Shown here piece by piece: positions 19,286 through 27,992 of a stretch of DNA of 61,296 nucleotides. How positions within the stretch are numbered: position 1 is the stretch's first letter; each line of letters starts with the position of its first letter. Origin of the DNA: a virus (taxonomy: Duplodnaviria > Caudoviricetes); the IMG/VR virus record IMGVR_UViG_3300046836_000468, positions 1 to 61,296 of that record; one strand, given 5' to 3'. The notes under the pieces are model-generated. The model was not told where the DNA came from. It saw nothing but the letters and a program-made list of their open reading frames with translations, and made no database searches. The position numbers and the translations under genes were made by a program.

Positions 19286-20595
19286 AACAGCTCCTCACAA
19301 CCTTGCTGGTGCTGCTCGCTGCCACGGTCGCGCGCGCAGAGGCGCAGGAGACCGTGACCCTTACCTGCGTCGTCACGGACGGCAGCGTGCCTGCTGCGCC
19401 GGACGCAGGCGTGCCGCCCGTGGTCGACAGCGGCGTGCCGCCCATCGTCGACGCAGGCCCGCCGCCCATCGGAGGCGCGCGCCCGCCGACCTCTCGCGGC
19501 GAGGGCTTTTACGTGGTCGGCTCGCATCTGTTCGACGCCAACGGGCACGAGCACAGAATGCGCGGAACCAACAAGACCCATCAGGACAACTGGGGGCCGG
19601 GCCTCGGGCACACCGCGAGCAACACGACGCGCTGGCTCGTCTACTTTGCAGACGACCCCGAGCGCACCATCGCGGACATGCAGAGTCCGAACATCGGCGG
19701 CACGACCGAGTTCGGCCGCGCAGTGCAGGTACCGGGCTTCTGGGATGGGACCTGCAAGTCGGACCCCGGCACGTTCGAGACGATGGTCTCGCGCTGGGTG
19801 CGCGACGCGCGCAAGTACCAGGGCTTCGAGCGCTACATGATTCTGAACATCGCCAACGAATGGGGCGACGAGCCTGGCAAGTGGCGCGATGCGTACGTGT
19901 CCGCCATTCCGCGCATCCGCAACGCAGGCTGGCACGGCGCCATCATGGTGGACGCGCCGGGCTGCGGCCAAAACGCGCAGGCCATCGTCGACCATGGGCG
20001 CGCTGTGTTCAACGCGGACCCCGAGCGCAACGTGCTCTTTGACTGGCACATCTACGGCATGGTCTGCGACTCGCAGGGAGGCGTCCCGCCGCAGTGGAAC
20101 GGGCAGCTTGACCTCGTGCCCACGATGGACCGCCTACGCGACACGGGCCTGACGGTCGTCGTCGGGGAGTTCGGACCAGGCCGCGGCATCGGGCCGTCGC
20201 CGACGAACGTCACGCCCGAGCGCATCATTGACGTGAGCGAGAAGCACGGCATCGGCTGGCTCAGCTGGTCGTGGGAGGACAACGACCAGGCCAACGCCAA
20301 GTGCAGCAACACCAGCTTCTGCCACGTGTTCGACACGAGCTCCGCGTCGATCGCGCCGGACAACCTCACCGACTTCGGCAAGGTGATGGTCGCCGAGTGG
20401 ACCGCCTACGCGCAGCCGGCGAGCATCTTTGGGCCGACGCAGCAGGCGTTCAACACGACCCACTACCTGCTCTTGCTGGTCGCGGTGCTGCTCTTTGTCC
20501 TGCTTGTCTGGCAGGTCGTGCAGGCCGTGCAGCGCTATCGCGCGCGACGCAGGCAGCGCGCTGCGACCGACCGCGTCATCGACAGCGACGAGTAG
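19282..20595 (+). CDS. GH5 glycoside hydrolase (beta-mannanase/cellulase-like) with signal peptide and C-terminal TM anchor
   Basis: ILNIANEW (acid/base Glu), DAPGCGQ, HIY, VGEFG (nucleophile Glu), GWLSWSW; MKQLLTTLLVLLAA signal; PDAG linker; hydrophobic C-terminal helix followed by Arg residues. Confidence 0.85.
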   Translation: MKQLLTTLLVLLAATVARAEAQETVTLTCVVTDGSVPAAPDAGVPPVVDSGVPPIVDAGPPPIGGARPPTSRGEGFYVVGSHLFDANGHEHRMRGTNKTHQDNWGPGLGHTASNTTRWLVYFADDPERTIADMQSPNIGGTTEFGRAVQVPGFWDGTCKSDPGTFETMVSRWVRDARKYQGFERYMILNIANEWGDEPGKWRDAYVSAIPRIRNAGWHGAIMVDAPGCGQNAQAIVDHGRAVFNADPERNVLFDWHIYGMVCDSQGGVPPQWNGQLDLVPTMDRLRDTGLTVVVGEFGPGRGIGPSPTNVTPERIIDVSEKHGIGWLSWSWEDNDQANAKCSNTSFCHVFDTSSASIAPDNLTDFGKVMVAEWTAYAQPASIFGPTQQAFNTTHYLLLLVAVLLFVLLVWQVVQAVQRYRARRRQRAATDRVIDSDE

Positions 20596-20597
20596 CA

Positions 20598-20858
20598 GTG
20601 CGCAAGAACCTGCGCGTCTTGTACAGCGACGGCGAGCCGCTTCCTGCGTGGGGCGAAAGCGAGCGCGCTGAGCTGCACGCGTTCGTCGACAATGCCCTGT
20701 GCGCGAGCGACAGCATCGCGGTCGTGGCGCTCGAGCGCGACAAGCGGGGCGTGCGCTTTGCCAAGAGCTACCGGATGCAGCGTGGCGTGCGCACGTCGCT
20801 CTACGAGCTGGTGGGCGCGCTGCAGGGGGCGATTGCAGACTGGTTCGAGGGCGGGTAG
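20598..20858 (+). CDS. Hypothetical protein
   Basis: GTG start right after the GH5 stop; host-like codon usage. Confidence 0.5.
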   Translation: MRKNLRVLYSDGEPLPAWGESERAELHAFVDNALCASDSIAVVALERDKRGVRFAKSYRMQRGVRTSLYELVGALQGAIADWFEGG

Positions 20859-21074
20859 CCGTGCTGGCCGAGGACTTCGAGACGCGTCGCGCCCTGTACG
20901 CCTCGAGCGGTGTGCTGCTCGACTCCGAGCACGGGCGCGTTCGGGTGGTCGAGCCGCTCGACCGACCTGTCGTCGCGCTCGGCGCCGTGAGCGCGTGCGC
21001 CGTCCGCATCGACCTGCTGCTGTGCCTGCGCGCCGTGCGGGGACGAGCTCGGACCTGCGCCGTGCGCCTGGTGC

Positions 21075-21311
21075 GTGAAGTCGCGCGGGTGGCGCTACTG
21101 CCGCGAGCACGAGTTCGTCGAGGCGCTCGAGCGTGCTGCGCGCTGTGTGACCGACCAGGGCCGCGCGTGGGACTGGGCGTATGCACTCGGGTACCTCCAC
21201 TCCGATGCGCGCTACGCGTCAGGTCACTGGGCAGGCGAGCCGGCAGCCTACGTGCGGGGCTGCAGCGACGACGCAGGCGACTACGCGCGCGCTGTCTGGG
21301 AGGCGCTCTGA
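21075..21311 (+). CDS. Hypothetical protein
   Basis: Plausible amino-acid composition; abuts the next gene. Confidence 0.5.
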   Translation: MKSRGWRYCREHEFVEALERAARCVTDQGRAWDWAYALGYLHSDARYASGHWAGEPAAYVRGCSDDAGDYARAVWEAL

Positions 21312-21313
21312 GC

Positions 21314-21631
21314 ATGGGCTTCCGCGACCTCAAAGCCATCGGCGAGATGTTTCGCGAGCTCAGCCAGGGCGCGCTCGAGCAGGCGCACTACGACGCGTAC
21401 CAGCGCAAGCTCGCTTATAAGCGCGAGTGGTATCGCTTCAATCGACAGCGCGTCTGCGCTCACCAGCACGCGTACTACCGCGCCAACAAGCCGCGCATCA
21501 ACGCCTACGACCAGGCGCGCAAGAACACCGACGCTGCGCGCGCGCGACGTCGGCAGCGCTACCGCGCCGACCGCGAGCGCATCCTCGCGAGCCAGCGTGC
21601 GCGCTACCAGAAACAAAGGACCCGACCATGA
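21314..21631 (+). CDS. Basic helical-repeat protein (YYxxNK / RYRxD type), probable DNA binder
   Basis: Repeats resembling those N-terminal to phage HNH proteins; GGAGG RBS. Confidence 0.55.
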   Translation: MGFRDLKAIGEMFRELSQGALEQAHYDAYQRKLAYKREWYRFNRQRVCAHQHAYYRANKPRINAYDQARKNTDAARARRRQRYRADRERILASQRARYQKQRTRP

Positions 21632-22230
21632 GCAAGACGACCGCAGCACGCAAGCAAGAGGCAGAGCCCGCAGGCCCGCTCCAGGTGACGTACAGACCGC
21701 TCGCTGAGCTGATACCATTCGCGAGAAATTCGCGGACCCATAGCGACGCGCAAATCGCCCAAATCGCGGCGTCGATCAGGGAGTTCTCGTTCACCAACCC
21801 AGTGCTGACCGACGAGCTTGGCGGCATCATCGCAGGGCACGGGCGCGTGCTGGCGGCGCGGCAGCTCGGGCTCGCCGAGGTGCCGTGCATCGAGCTGCGC
21901 GGACTGAGCGAGGTGCAGAAGCGCGCCTACGTCATCGCGGACAACAAGCTCGCGCTCAACGCGGGCTGGGACACGGAGCTGCTCGCGGTCGAGCTGCAAG
22001 GGCTGGCGGACGAGGGGTACGACGCGCTGCTGACGGGCTTTGACCAGGGCGAGCTCGACGAGCTGCTCAAGGGCAGCGAGGGCGCCGACAAGGACATGCT
22101 CGGCGACAACGGCTTCGAGCACGAGTCGCAGTACGCCGTCATCGTCACGGCGGCCGACGAGCAGGAGCAGCAGCAGATCTACGAGCGGCTGGTCGAGCTC
22201 GGGTACACCTGCAAGGTGGTGAACGTGTGA
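21628..22230 (+). CDS. ParB/Srx N-terminal-domain protein
   Basis: LIPFARNSRTH, IIAGHGRVLAA and YVIADNKLALNAGWD motifs. Confidence 0.9.
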   Translation: MSKTTAARKQEAEPAGPLQVTYRPLAELIPFARNSRTHSDAQIAQIAASIREFSFTNPVLTDELGGIIAGHGRVLAARQLGLAEVPCIELRGLSEVQKRAYVIADNKLALNAGWDTELLAVELQGLADEGYDALLTGFDQGELDELLKGSEGADKDMLGDNGFEHESQYAVIVTAADEQEQQQIYERLVELGYTCKVVNV

Positions 22231-23333
22231 GGGTCGTCGTCGAGAATCGCTGCAGCGACTATGCGAGCTACCGCGCGGCGCGCGTGAAGTCGCTCTTCAA
22301 CGCAGAGTCCGGCTGCAACTTCGACCTCACCGCCGAGCTGCCCATCGAGGCGCTCGACTGGAAGCTCGGGCTGGTGGTCGGCCCAAGCGGCAGCGGCAAG
22401 ACCTCGCTCGGCCGGCGCATCTTCGGCGAGGGCGCGCTCTACGAGGCCAAGGGCTGGCCGAGCGACAGGCCCATCGTCGACGCGATTGCGCCGAGCGCCG
22501 CGTTCGACGACGTCACCAACGCGCTCGCCGCCGTGGGCCTTGGCTCGGTGCCGACGTGGCTCAGGCCCTACCCGGTGCTGAGCAACGGCGAGAAGTTTCG
22601 CGCCGACCTCGCGCGCATCGTCTGCGAGCAGCCCGCGCAGGTGGTGGTCGACGAGTTCACGAGCGTGGTCGATCGGCAGATTGCGAAGTTCGGCGCGCTC
22701 GCGTTCGCCAAGTCTTGGCGACGTACGCCGGGGCAGTGCGTGCTGCTGTCCTGTCACTACGACATCGTCGACTGGGTCGAGCCGGATTGGATCTTCGATA
22801 CCGCGACGGGACAGTTCGCAGGGAGGTCGGTTCGGCGACGCCCCACGTTCGAGCTCGTTATCCGGCAGACGGACCGCAGTTACTGGAAGCACTTTGAGCC
22901 GCATTACTATCTGAAGCTGCCCTCGATGATCGCAGGCACCTACTACGTCGGCACGGTGGACGACGAGCTCGTGGCGCACGTCTGCTTCGACACGTGCGCC
23001 GGAATGAGGGAGGCGCGCGCGTCGCGCCTGGTGGTGATGCCCGAGTGGCAGGGCGTCGGCATCGGCACGCGCTTCCTCAACGCGGTCTGCCGGATGTGGC
23101 GGGAGGGGCGGAACCGATACCACAGGCCGATGACCACGCGCTTTCACACGACCCATCCCGGCCTCTGCGCCGGGCTGCGCCGTGACAGAAACTGGACGCA
23201 GATCTCGGCCGCGCTGACGGGCTGCAACAAGGCGCGCTCCGCGAGCACGATGAAGCGAGGAGCCGTTCCCGTCGGCTACGGCGGGCACTATCGCGCCATC
23301 CAAGGCTTTCGCTACGTCGGAGAGGGCGCGTGA
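22227..23333 (+). CDS. ABC-type ATPase fused to GNAT acyltransferase
   Basis: Walker A GPSGSGKT, signature LSNGE, Walker B VVVDEF, H-loop SCHYD; GNAT motif A SRLVVMPEWQGVGIG. Confidence 0.88.
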   Translation: MRVVVENRCSDYASYRAARVKSLFNAESGCNFDLTAELPIEALDWKLGLVVGPSGSGKTSLGRRIFGEGALYEAKGWPSDRPIVDAIAPSAAFDDVTNALAAVGLGSVPTWLRPYPVLSNGEKFRADLARIVCEQPAQVVVDEFTSVVDRQIAKFGALAFAKSWRRTPGQCVLLSCHYDIVDWVEPDWIFDTATGQFAGRSVRRRPTFELVIRQTDRSYWKHFEPHYYLKLPSMIAGTYYVGTVDDELVAHVCFDTCAGMREARASRLVVMPEWQGVGIGTRFLNAVCRMWREGRNRYHRPMTTRFHTTHPGLCAGLRRDRNWTQISAALTGCNKARSASTMKRGAVPVGYGGHYRAIQGFRYVGEGA

Positions 23334-24136
23334 GAATCTACCTGTGCGGACAGCGCTCGTTCGGCCGCGCCGTGCTCGCGATACTGCTCGAGCGCGGCCA
23401 CCAGCTCGCGGGCGTGTCGGCGCCGCCCGCGCACGGCGACAGAGAGGACGCGCTCTGGGGGCTTGCCACGGACGAGCGCCTGCCGCGCCTGCCTGCCGGC
23501 GCGCTCAACGCCTCGACGATGCCGCCCGACGTCGACCTGATCGTCTGCGCGCACAGCCACGACTTCGTCGGTCGCGGGACGCGGCTGCGCGCGCGGCACG
23601 GCGCGCTCGGGTACCACCCTTCCCTGCTGCCGCTGCATCGCGGGCGCGACGCGGTGCGCTGGGCAGTCAAGATGGGAGACCGCGTCACGGGCGGCAGCGT
23701 GTACTGGCTGAGCGACACGGTCGACGGCGGGCCCATCGCGGCCCAGGAGTTCGTGTTCGTGCGGCCGGGCGAGACCGCCCCCGAGCTCTGGCGCCGGGCG
23801 CTTCACCCGCTCGGCGTCGCGCTGCTCGCCCGCGTGGTCGACGACGTCAGCGCCGGGCGCGCGGCGCGCGTGCCGCAGGACGAGGCGCTGGCCACCTGGG
23901 AGCCGTCGATGGGCCGGCCGCCGCTGCGCCGGCCGGACCTGACCCTGCTCCGCGCCGACAACCAGGCGCCCGATGAAGGCCCCGCGCTCGCGCCAGGAGC
24001 CGCCGCGCCGGCCGTGCGGTACGGGGAGCTGCCCCTCGTCGGATCGCCCGAGTGGGTCGCTGCTAGCGCCCGACGCGCCGGAAGCTCACGACCCACACCA
24101 GGGGATTGCTCGACCACGGCGCACGGGCCGCGTTGA
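23330..24136 (+). CDS. Formyltransferase (Fmt/PurN N-terminal fold)
   Basis: GYHPSLLPLHRGRDAVRW, TGGSVYWL and DGGPI motifs. Confidence 0.9.
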   Translation: MRIYLCGQRSFGRAVLAILLERGHQLAGVSAPPAHGDREDALWGLATDERLPRLPAGALNASTMPPDVDLIVCAHSHDFVGRGTRLRARHGALGYHPSLLPLHRGRDAVRWAVKMGDRVTGGSVYWLSDTVDGGPIAAQEFVFVRPGETAPELWRRALHPLGVALLARVVDDVSAGRAARVPQDEALATWEPSMGRPPLRRPDLTLLRADNQAPDEGPALAPGAAAPAVRYGELPLVGSPEWVAASARRAGSSRPTPGDCSTTAHGPR

Positions 24137-24557
24137 GCGTGTCCCAGAGCGTCGCGTACGCCTCGGCGCGCGCCCCCCACGGCGGCTCGCCGATGCCCTC
24201 CGCAGTCGCGTCCGGCTCGGTCAGTGCCTGCAGGGGCTCGACGCGCACCGCCGTCACCTCGAGCGACAGGCGCGACGCCCAGCGCGGCATGTGGATCGAC
24301 GGGCGCCAAGGCGAGTCGGGCTGCTCGCCGTCGCCCCGGAAGCTCGGCCACGCGGGATGGTCCGCGCGGAACGCGACGCCCGAGAGGTCGTCGCCGGCCC
24401 ACGACTCGCGGACCCACAGTCCGTCGCCCGGCTCGCCGAAGGGGCACGGGCGGCGGTCGTAGCCGGCGCGCACCGGCCGGCGCGTCTGCGTCTTGTCGCC
24501 GTCGAGCAGAGCGCGGATCAACGCCGGGCCGGCGAACAGGATGGGGCGCTCTTTCAC
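24063..24557 (-). CDS. ASCH/PUA-like phage protein
   Basis: KERPILF..IRALLDGDKTQTRR, PSIHMPRWASR, VEPLQ..DATAEG and WSSNPLVWVVSF motifs. Confidence 0.8.
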   Translation of the reverse strand: MKERPILFAGPALIRALLDGDKTQTRRPVRAGYDRRPCPFGEPGDGLWVRESWAGDDLSGVAFRADHPAWPSFRGDGEQPDSPWRPSIHMPRWASRLSLEVTAVRVEPLQALTEPDATAEGIGEPPWGARAEAYATLWDTLNAARAPWSSNPLVWVVSFRRVGR

Positions 24558-24610
24558 GCGCGGACGAGTAGCCGCCTGCGCGTTGAAAAGCCAGGCGCGG
24601 GCGGGGCCCG

Positions 24611-25000
24611 TCAGTCGACGATGTCGTCGGGGCCGAGGCGCTTGTCGCGTATCTCGGTGCGCGTGAGCGTGTCGAAGTCCAGCTCGATGATGGCGGGCGG
24701 ATGCGCCGGGTGCGCGTCGAGCAGCGCCTGCAGGTGCGCGCGGAACGTCGCCGCGTCCGCGCAGAGCACGTGCACGCAGTCGCCCTCGGCGTACGTGAAG
24801 ACCTCGCGCAGCTCCTTGTGCACCCATATCCCGAAGTACCAGGCATCTTGATCCGTGTCCCACTGGCGCCAGCCGAGCGGCAGCAAGGCGTGGTCCCAGG
24901 GGTAGCGCCCGTCGTCCGAGTGCGCGCTCCATTCGACGATGCGCGCGCCGCTCAGGCCCGTGCGCTCGCGCGCGTCGGCCGGGTGTTTGATCGCGCTCAC
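24611..25000 (-). CDS. Conserved hypothetical mobile-element protein (DTDQDAWYFG motif)
   Basis: GWRQWDTDQDAWYFGIWV and TYAEGD motifs; GTG start overlapping the upstream stop. Confidence 0.6.
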   Translation of the reverse strand: MSAIKHPADARERTGLSGARIVEWSAHSDDGRYPWDHALLPLGWRQWDTDQDAWYFGIWVHKELREVFTYAEGDCVHVLCADAATFRAHLQALLDAHPAHPPAIIELDFDTLTRTEIRDKRLGPDDIVD

Positions 25001-25188
25001 GCGGCCTCCAGGCTGCCCGCAAGCTGCGCAAGCGCGAGGCGCACGACGGTGGCGGTAGTCGCGCGCAAGGCGATCGCGAGCATCTCGAGGCGCTGCGCGT
25101 CCGCGTGGCTGAGGCGCACCACCACGCGCTCGCCGAGGCGCTCGTTGGCGGGCAGCGGGGGCCGCCCTCTGCGGGTGCCGGCGCTCAC
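24997..25188 (-). CDS. Ribbon-helix-helix (CopG/Arc-like) protein 1
   Basis: GRPPLP hook, VVVRL strand, two helices ending in VVRLAL. Confidence 0.7.
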   Translation of the reverse strand: MSAGTRRGRPPLPANERLGERVVVRLSHADAQRLEMLAIALRATTATVVRLALAQLAGSLEAA

Positions 25189-25387
25189 GGGCGCCCCAGC
25201 AGGACGCGCACAAGCGCGGAGCAGCTGCGCACGTACGGCAGCGCAGACATGACGTGGTCGATGTAGCGTTTCACGGGTTGGTCTCCTATCGGCTCGGGGC
25301 AACTTACCCCGCGACTGGGCTCGAGCTCCTGCCGGCTAGAGCACAGTCGCGGCGCAGACGCGCTAGGGTGCGCGTGCGTCGCGACGG

Positions 25388-25816
25388 TCAGCCGTGCAGC
25401 AGCTTCGCGAGGCGGATGCTCGTCTCGAGCATGTCGATGCGCGACTGGTTGCGCGTCGCCCGGTTCATCTCGGTGGCGAGCAAGACCTCGAGACTCGCGA
25501 CGAGCTGCGCCTTGCTGATGCTCATGACCGGCGCGGGCGCGGCGGCGGGCGCGGCGACAGCCGGCGCGGCGCGCACCGTGGCGACCGGCGCGACGCGGGT
25601 CGTAGCGACCGGCGCGACGGGCTTCTGGGCGGCCTCGCGCGCCGCCTTCTTGCGGGCGTAGAAGCGAGCGGCGGCCTGGCGACGCGCCTCCTTGCGGGCC
25701 TCCTCCTTGGCGGCCTCGGCAGCGCGCTTGCTGGCGGCGAGGTCGGCGCGCGAGAGGGTCTTGGCGCGGCTGGAGACGACGACGGGGGCGGACTTCTTGG
25801 TGGTGAGCTTGGTCAT
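25388..25816 (-). CDS. Basic Ala/Lys-rich protein
   Basis: ATG at 25816; K/A/R-rich helical and PVA-rich segments. Confidence 0.6.
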   Translation of the reverse strand: MTKLTTKKSAPVVVSSRAKTLSRADLAASKRAAEAAKEEARKEARRQAAARFYARKKAAREAAQKPVAPVATTRVAPVATVRAAPAVAAPAAAPAPVMSISKAQLVASLEVLLATEMNRATRNQSRIDMLETSIRLAKLLHG

Positions 25817-25902
25817 GGGGGTACTTCTTCTGCGGGCGGGAGAGGGGCGCGGCACCCTGCCGCCCTGCTCAACCACCACGCAAGACCATCATGCGCTTTC
25901 TT

Positions 25903-25935
25903 GGCAGCCAAGTAAACGGACAATAGTTGGCTGCC
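25903..25935. promoter_or_regulatory. Inverted repeat GGCAGCCAA-N15-TTGGCTGCC, candidate operator or terminator
   Basis: Perfect 9-bp arms in an AT-richer intergenic gap inside the RHH cluster. Confidence 0.45.
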
Positions 25936-25978
25936 CGATAATCGCGCGTGGTTACGCGCCCTTGGCGATGCGCTTTTT

Positions 25979-26170
25979 TCAGAGCTTGCGGGCGGCCAGC
26001 TCGGCGACCGCTAGGCGCACGACCTCTACATCGCTGAGCCCGAGCTGCCTGCTCAGCGCGTGAAGCTGCGCGAGCGCGCTCGGCACGAAGCGCACGGTGA
26101 CGCGGTCGGCGCTGCGCTTCGCTGCAGGTAGCGGCGGGCGACCACGGCCCCGCTTTTTCTTGGCGGCCAT
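25979..26170 (-). CDS. Ribbon-helix-helix protein 2
   Basis: RGRGRPPLP, VTVRF and LGLSDVEVVRLAV motifs. Confidence 0.75.
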   Translation of the reverse strand: MAAKKKRGRGRPPLPAAKRSADRVTVRFVPSALAQLHALSRQLGLSDVEVVRLAVAELAARKL

Positions 26171-26174
26171 CTGT

Positions 26175-26672
26175 TTACGGAGCCCGTCGTTCGCGCAGCC
26201 TCGCACGCGCTTGGGGGTCGTCTCTGAGGTGCCTCAGTGCCGCGCGCATGATCGCGGCCTTGCTGAGGCCGCTCTCCTTTGCGATCGCGTCCATCTTGTC
26301 GATGTCGGTCTGCCACAGTCGGAGAGGGAAAATGCGCCCGCTCCGCTCTTCAGCAGGCAATGGCGTGCGTCCGCCATTGCCTCCCGCTGTGTGATTGAGC
26401 AGCGGTTCTCCGCGAGCAGAGACTGTTGCTATCCAACGCATCTCGGACGCGTCACTGTCTGCCTGGTGAACGCGCTCGAGGACTTCAAGCGTAGGCTTGA
26501 GACCTTGCGAGTGAAGCTCCGCAACCCATGCACGGACGTTGGGAAGTTTGGCGCTAGGCCTGCAATGCGATGTGAAACGATCGCGCGGGTTGACCGTCTT
26601 GCCCACGTAGCGGACTGCGCCGCTGCGAGGATCAACCAGTCCATAAATCGTCGTCATTCGGTCGTCAGGCAT
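26175..26672 (-). CDS. GIY-YIG endonuclease fused to C-terminal RHH domain
   Basis: IYGLVDPR..VRYVGKT..RF..H, E..WI and LLN motifs; then GRTPLP..FPLRL..SGLSKAAIMRAAL. Confidence 0.8.
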   Translation of the reverse strand: MPDDRMTTIYGLVDPRSGAVRYVGKTVNPRDRFTSHCRPSAKLPNVRAWVAELHSQGLKPTLEVLERVHQADSDASEMRWIATVSARGEPLLNHTAGGNGGRTPLPAEERSGRIFPLRLWQTDIDKMDAIAKESGLSKAAIMRAALRHLRDDPQARARLRERRAP

Positions 26673-26757
26673 GCGCCGAGCCTAGCCCATTATTCGGCGG
26701 CCAGCTATTCGCACGCGCCCGCGCTTCGCTAGTTCGCGCACGCGCACGTCGAGCGCC

Positions 26758-26955
26758 TCAACGCACGCCCTCGCGCTTGGCCAGCTCACGCAGCGCGCGC
26801 CGTATCACGTCGCCCTCGCCCAGCTCGAGCTGCTCGCACAAGTCCGCGAGCGCGCGCTCGTCCTCAGCGTAGAGGCGCGCCGTGGCGCGTCGCGTCGTGC
26901 GCGCTGCGCTCGCGAGGCTCGGTCGCTCGGCTCTCTTCTTGGGTCCTGCAGGCAA
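26758..26955 (-). CDS. Ribbon-helix-helix protein 4
   Basis: ATARLYAEDERALADLC..GEGDVIRRALREL; close paralog of the neighbouring gene. Confidence 0.7.
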   Translation of the reverse strand: MPAGPKKRAERPSLASAARTTRRATARLYAEDERALADLCEQLELGEGDVIRRALRELAKREGVR

Positions 26956-27030
26956 CGCACATCCTTTAGGTCAGACGCGAACTGGTCGCAGGCTGCAGCC
27001 GCCTCGACAGGCTGTCAACAGCTGCGCCTA

Positions 27031-27255
27031 CTATTCGGCAGGCTGGCGTTGCGCGATGGTCTGCAGGCGCGCGAGCAGCCGTAGCGCCGTGCGGATGATC
27101 TCGCCCTCGTTCGTCTCGAACTTTGCGCAGAGCAGCTCGAGCGCCTGCTCGTCGTCCCGGTAGAGGCGCACGGTCACGCGTCGCGAGGTGCGCAGCTCAG
27201 GCGGCATCGGAGGCCGGCCGATCGCGCCGCGCTTGTGTTGGCTCTTTTTGGGCAA
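27031..27255 (-). CDS. Ribbon-helix-helix protein 5
   Basis: GRPPMP, VTVRLYRDDEQALELLC..NEGEIIRTALRLL. Confidence 0.72.
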   Translation of the reverse strand: MPKKSQHKRGAIGRPPMPPELRTSRRVTVRLYRDDEQALELLCAKFETNEGEIIRTALRLLARLQTIAQRQPAE

Positions 27256-27417
27256 CGGAGTTTGACCTTAGTCAGGCCAGCGTGAAATCGCGTGAAATCC
27301 GCGCCTGACCATCGGTGGGCACGTCTATACACCGAATTGGCCAGCTGGGAAAAATCCTGGCCGCTGCAGGCAGGCGCCGCAAGTGCGCGCGCATCGAGCC
27401 GCCGCAAGCGCCAAGCG

Positions 27418-27672
27418 TTATCGTTCGCGCTCGAGGCGACCCTCCCCAGCGTTGCGTCGATATGCGTACGGCTCGCCGTCGTTGTCGATCGCCCAACCTG
27501 TCGGCCCTGGCCATGCGTCGGCAAGGTCGACGAGCGAGCGCACGACAACGACGTGCGGGTCTCGTACGCCGAGCTCGCGCAGCGTCTCCGCAAGCCCATC
27601 GACCAGGCCCGGTGTTGACAGCACCAGACCGGCGATCTCGCGCGGGTCGGACATGCGCTTGCGGCGCGTCAC
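27418..27672 (-). CDS. Hypothetical protein
   Basis: Overlaps the upstream stop; plausible composition. Confidence 0.5.
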   Translation of the reverse strand: MTRRKRMSDPREIAGLVLSTPGLVDGLAETLRELGVRDPHVVVVRSLVDLADAWPGPTGWAIDNDGEPYAYRRNAGEGRLERER

Positions 27673-27992
27673 TGCTCAGGCTCGGCAGCGCGTCTGCCCT
27701 CCCCCGCGTCGACCATCCGCTCGTGCAAGAGGCGCATGCGCTTGCCGAAGTCGCCCGGCAGGTCGTGCGCGTAGAAGCCTGCGGGCAAGCGGCAGATGAG
27801 CTGGACGACGACGACGGCCTGCGGGTCGAGGCTCCACAGGTCGGCGAAGTCAAAGCCGCCCAGCTCGCCCCCGTTCCACCACGCGCCGAGCAGACTGCGC
27901 GCGCGACGCGAGCCGCCGCTGTGCCCTTCGGCGAGGTCGAAGATGTGCTCGAGCGCGGCGAGCTCGGCATCGGTGGGCGTGAACTTGCTCAT
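27669..27992 (-). CDS. Conserved hypothetical protein (SGGSRRARSLLGAWWNG..FDFADLWSLD)
   Basis: GAGGAG RBS before ATG at 27992; motif seen in plasmid and phage proteins. Confidence 0.6.
   Translation of the reverse strand: MSKFTPTDAELAALEHIFDLAEGHSGGSRRARSLLGAWWNGGELGGFDFADLWSLDPQAVVVVQLICRLPAGFYAHDLPGDFGKRMRLLHERMVDAGEGRRAAEPEQ

Noticed and set aside
23330-24136. Housekeeping methionyl-tRNA formyltransferase (fmt)
   Set aside because: It lacks the C-terminal tRNA-binding domain and sits in a ParB/GNAT operon, so the gene symbol was withheld.
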